A stretch of DNA of 64,000 nucleotides, from NCBI GenBank assembly GCA_963782595.1, contig CAWAKJ010000005.1, positions 729,581 to 793,580 on the forward strand, given 5' to 3'. The notes beneath the pieces are model-generated. The model did not search any database and was not told the DNA's origin. It saw nothing but the letters and a program-made list of their open reading frames with translations. The position numbers and the translations under genes are program-made. The stretch comes from Vicinamibacterales bacterium (GTDB lineage: Bacteria; Acidobacteriota; Vicinamibacteria; Vicinamibacterales; JAMQPK01). Shown here piece after piece: positions 62,602-64,000 of this stretch. The number at the start of each line of letters is the position of its first letter. Within the stretch, counting starts at the first letter, position 1.

Positions 62602-63195
62602 ATGCGGGCGGGGTGGATTCTCATCTGTCTGTTGCTGCTCGTGCCGGCGACGGCACGAGGGGAATGGCAGGTGCGGCCATTCATCGGGCTCACGTTCGGC
62701 AGCGCGACGACTTTCGTGGATCCCGAGAACGCCATAGACAACGAGAACGCGGTCATCGGCGTGTCGGGCGGGTGGCTAGGCGAGATTTTCGGTTTCGAGG
62801 GAGATCTGGGTCGTGCCAGTGGCTTTTTTCAGACCGAGGAAGCACCCGAGCCGCTGGTCGTTGAAAGCGCCGTGACGACACTGACGGGCAATGTCATTGT
62901 GGCCGTCCCGCGGCGGATGGCCGGGTACGGATTGCGTCCGTATATTGCAGGCGGTGCAGGGCTGATGCACGTGGATCTCTTTGGAAGGAGCGGCGCCGTC
63001 CGCACGAACCGCACGGTGCCGGTCCTCAGCCTCGGCGGAGGGGTGACGGGATTCATCAGCAACCGCGTCGGCCTGAACTGGGATGTGCGGCGGTTGAGCA
63101 CGTTTCGGGGCGAGGGCGAGACCCTCGGCAACAGTCTGGGTGAAGAGCAGCTTTCACTTTGGCGCGCGACGATGGCGGTTGCGTTGAGGTACTAA
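62602..63195 (+). CDS. Outer-membrane beta-barrel protein
   Basis: The ATG abuts the upstream TAA. Signal peptide ..PATARG. Amphipathic strands (VRPFIGLTFG, VIGVSGGWLG, RPYIAGGAGLMHV). C-terminal ..MAVALRY. Confidence 0.6.
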   Translation: MRAGWILICLLLLVPATARGEWQVRPFIGLTFGSATTFVDPENAIDNENAVIGVSGGWLGEIFGFEGDLGRASGFFQTEEAPEPLVVESAVTTLTGNVIVAVPRRMAGYGLRPYIAGGAGLMHVDLFGRSGAVRTNRTVPVLSLGGGVTGFISNRVGLNWDVRRLSTFRGEGETLGNSLGEEQLSLWRATMAVALRY

Positions 63196-63774
63196 GTGAT
63201 ACAGAGAATCTGGAAATTAAAATCTGGAATCTGGAATCTGGAAGCCAGGCGCTCGGTGCTGACCTTCGTACTGGTGACGCTGATGTTTGGAGCGGTCGCG
63301 TACGCGGATGGCACGCTGCGAATCGTGCCGCTCGTGCGCGATGACCAGGTCATCGTGTCGGTGGATTTGAACAATGGCTACTCCGACGAAGTCCGGCAGG
63401 TCATCAGCGGCGGTGTCAGGACCACGTTCACCTACAACGTCGATTTGAAGATGATCGTGCCCGCGTGGGTCGATCGGACGATTACGTCGGTCGTCGTCAC
63501 GACCATCGATCACTACGATACGATCACGCGCAATCACAATCTCTCGCGCACCGTGGACGGCCGCGTCGTCGATGCGCTCCGCACCACCGATGAAGCGGTG
63601 GCGAAGAAGTGGCTGACGTCGCTGGATCCCCTGGTGCTCTGCCGCACGTCGAAGCTCGATCCGCACCGCGAGTACTACGTGCGCATCAGCGCGCACGTCC
63701 GCCCGCCTGGCGCCACGCTGCTCGGCTGGGCCAACGGCGTGACGAATCTTGCGAAGTTTACGTTTGTGCCCTGA
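63196..63774 (+). CDS. DUF4390-like secreted protein
   Basis: Blocks SGGVRTTFTYNVDLKMIVPAWVDRTI, YDTITRNHNLSRTVDGRV and REYYVRISAHV fit the recalled DUF4390 pattern. The only start that gives a charged n-region (GTG 63196) places the heptad repeats in codons 4-16. Confidence 0.5.
   Translation: MIQRIWKLKSGIWNLEARRSVLTFVLVTLMFGAVAYADGTLRIVPLVRDDQVIVSVDLNNGYSDEVRQVISGGVRTTFTYNVDLKMIVPAWVDRTITSVVVTTIDHYDTITRNHNLSRTVDGRVVDALRTTDEAVAKKWLTSLDPLVLCRTSKLDPHREYYVRISAHVRPPGATLLGWANGVTNLAKFTFVP
63207..63241 (+). repeat. AATCTGG heptad repeat (1 + degenerate unit + 3 perfect tandem units)
   Basis: AATCTGG AAATTAA AATCTGG AATCTGG AATCTGG. Confidence 0.85.
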
Positions 63775-63793
63775 TGCTGATTCAAAAAATGCT

Positions 63794-63824
63794 AACAGGA
63801 GACTAACTCCTGATCTCCTGTTTT
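63794..63824. terminator. Bidirectional intrinsic terminator between convergent genes
   Basis: AACAGGAGA-11 nt-TCTCCTGTT followed by TTTT on the plus strand. It is preceded by AAAAAA (63785-63790), which gives a T-run on the minus strand. Confidence 0.6.
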
Positions 63825-63838
63825 GCATTTCCTGCATT

Positions 63839-64000
63839 TCATCGCACGTCGAGCAGTTCGACCTCGAACAGCAGCGTCGCATTCGGCGGGATGATGCCGT
63901 CGCCTTGTCCGTCAACGCCGTATGCGAGATCGGGTGGGATGATCAATCGCCTCCGGCCGCCGACCTTCATGCCCTCGATCCCCTGATCCCATCCGGGGAT
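63839..64000 (-). CDS. FKBP-type peptidyl-prolyl cis-trans isomerase, C-terminal part (5' end beyond window)
   Basis: Reverse translation gives ..[53 protein letters not shown]. The stop is at 63839-63841. Confidence 0.85.
   Translation of the reverse strand: MPGWDQGIEGMKVGGRRRLIIPPDLAYGVDGQGDGIIPPNATLLFEVELLDVR

Noticed and set aside
63217-63915. 232-aa minus-strand ORF
   Set aside because: It is antisense to the DUF4390-like gene and out of frame with the FKBP C-terminus. The FKBP frame (63839-64000) gives an unmistakable PPIase sequence.

Overview
Visibly GC-rich bacterial chromosomal window. The gene content looks acidobacterial (inference): three CarboxypepD_reg-type TonB-dependent receptors, two DUF1592/DUF1552 pairs, one DUF1800/DUF1501 pair, and a TIGR02999/ECF43-like sigma factor next to a Ser/Thr-kinase-TPR protein. 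I support about 48 protein-coding genes, two of them cut by the window edges. I recognised no rRNA, tRNA, CRISPR array, cas gene, transposase or phage gene. Many listed ORFs are antisense or out-of-frame artefacts of the high GC content.

Observations worth a second look:
1. 14.0-21.0 kb holds a divergent cluster of four paralogs of an uncharacterised secreted family. They are interleaved with a small protein whose mature N-terminus is predicted to be His-His, a di-haem cytochrome, and a cytochrome-c'/cupredoxin lipoprotein. This is my best candidate for an undescribed extracytoplasmic redox or metal module.
2. There are two permuted ankyrin / DUF1592 / DUF1552 triads.
3. The intergenic repeat content is unusually rich.
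   - Two REP-like families start with GTAG.
   - One of them sits just upstream of Shine-Dalgarno sites, and in one place it supplies a stop codon.
   - A roughly 200-nt palindromic element is present twice with compensatory stem changes, once nested in the loop of another hairpin.
   - Several families of 7-8-nt tandem repeats occur, including telomere-like GGGATTA arrays that form G-quadruplex motifs.
4. Three genes carry a single extra G that breaks a conserved reading frame, and an A9 run removes a stop codon. These are either assembly indels or real pseudogenes.
5. There is a 34-codon hydrophobic ORF with a strong SD, a beta-lactamase-fold protein lacking the SxxK residues, and a secreted protein with a Met/Gly-rich tail.

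All family names come from motif recall, not from database searches.
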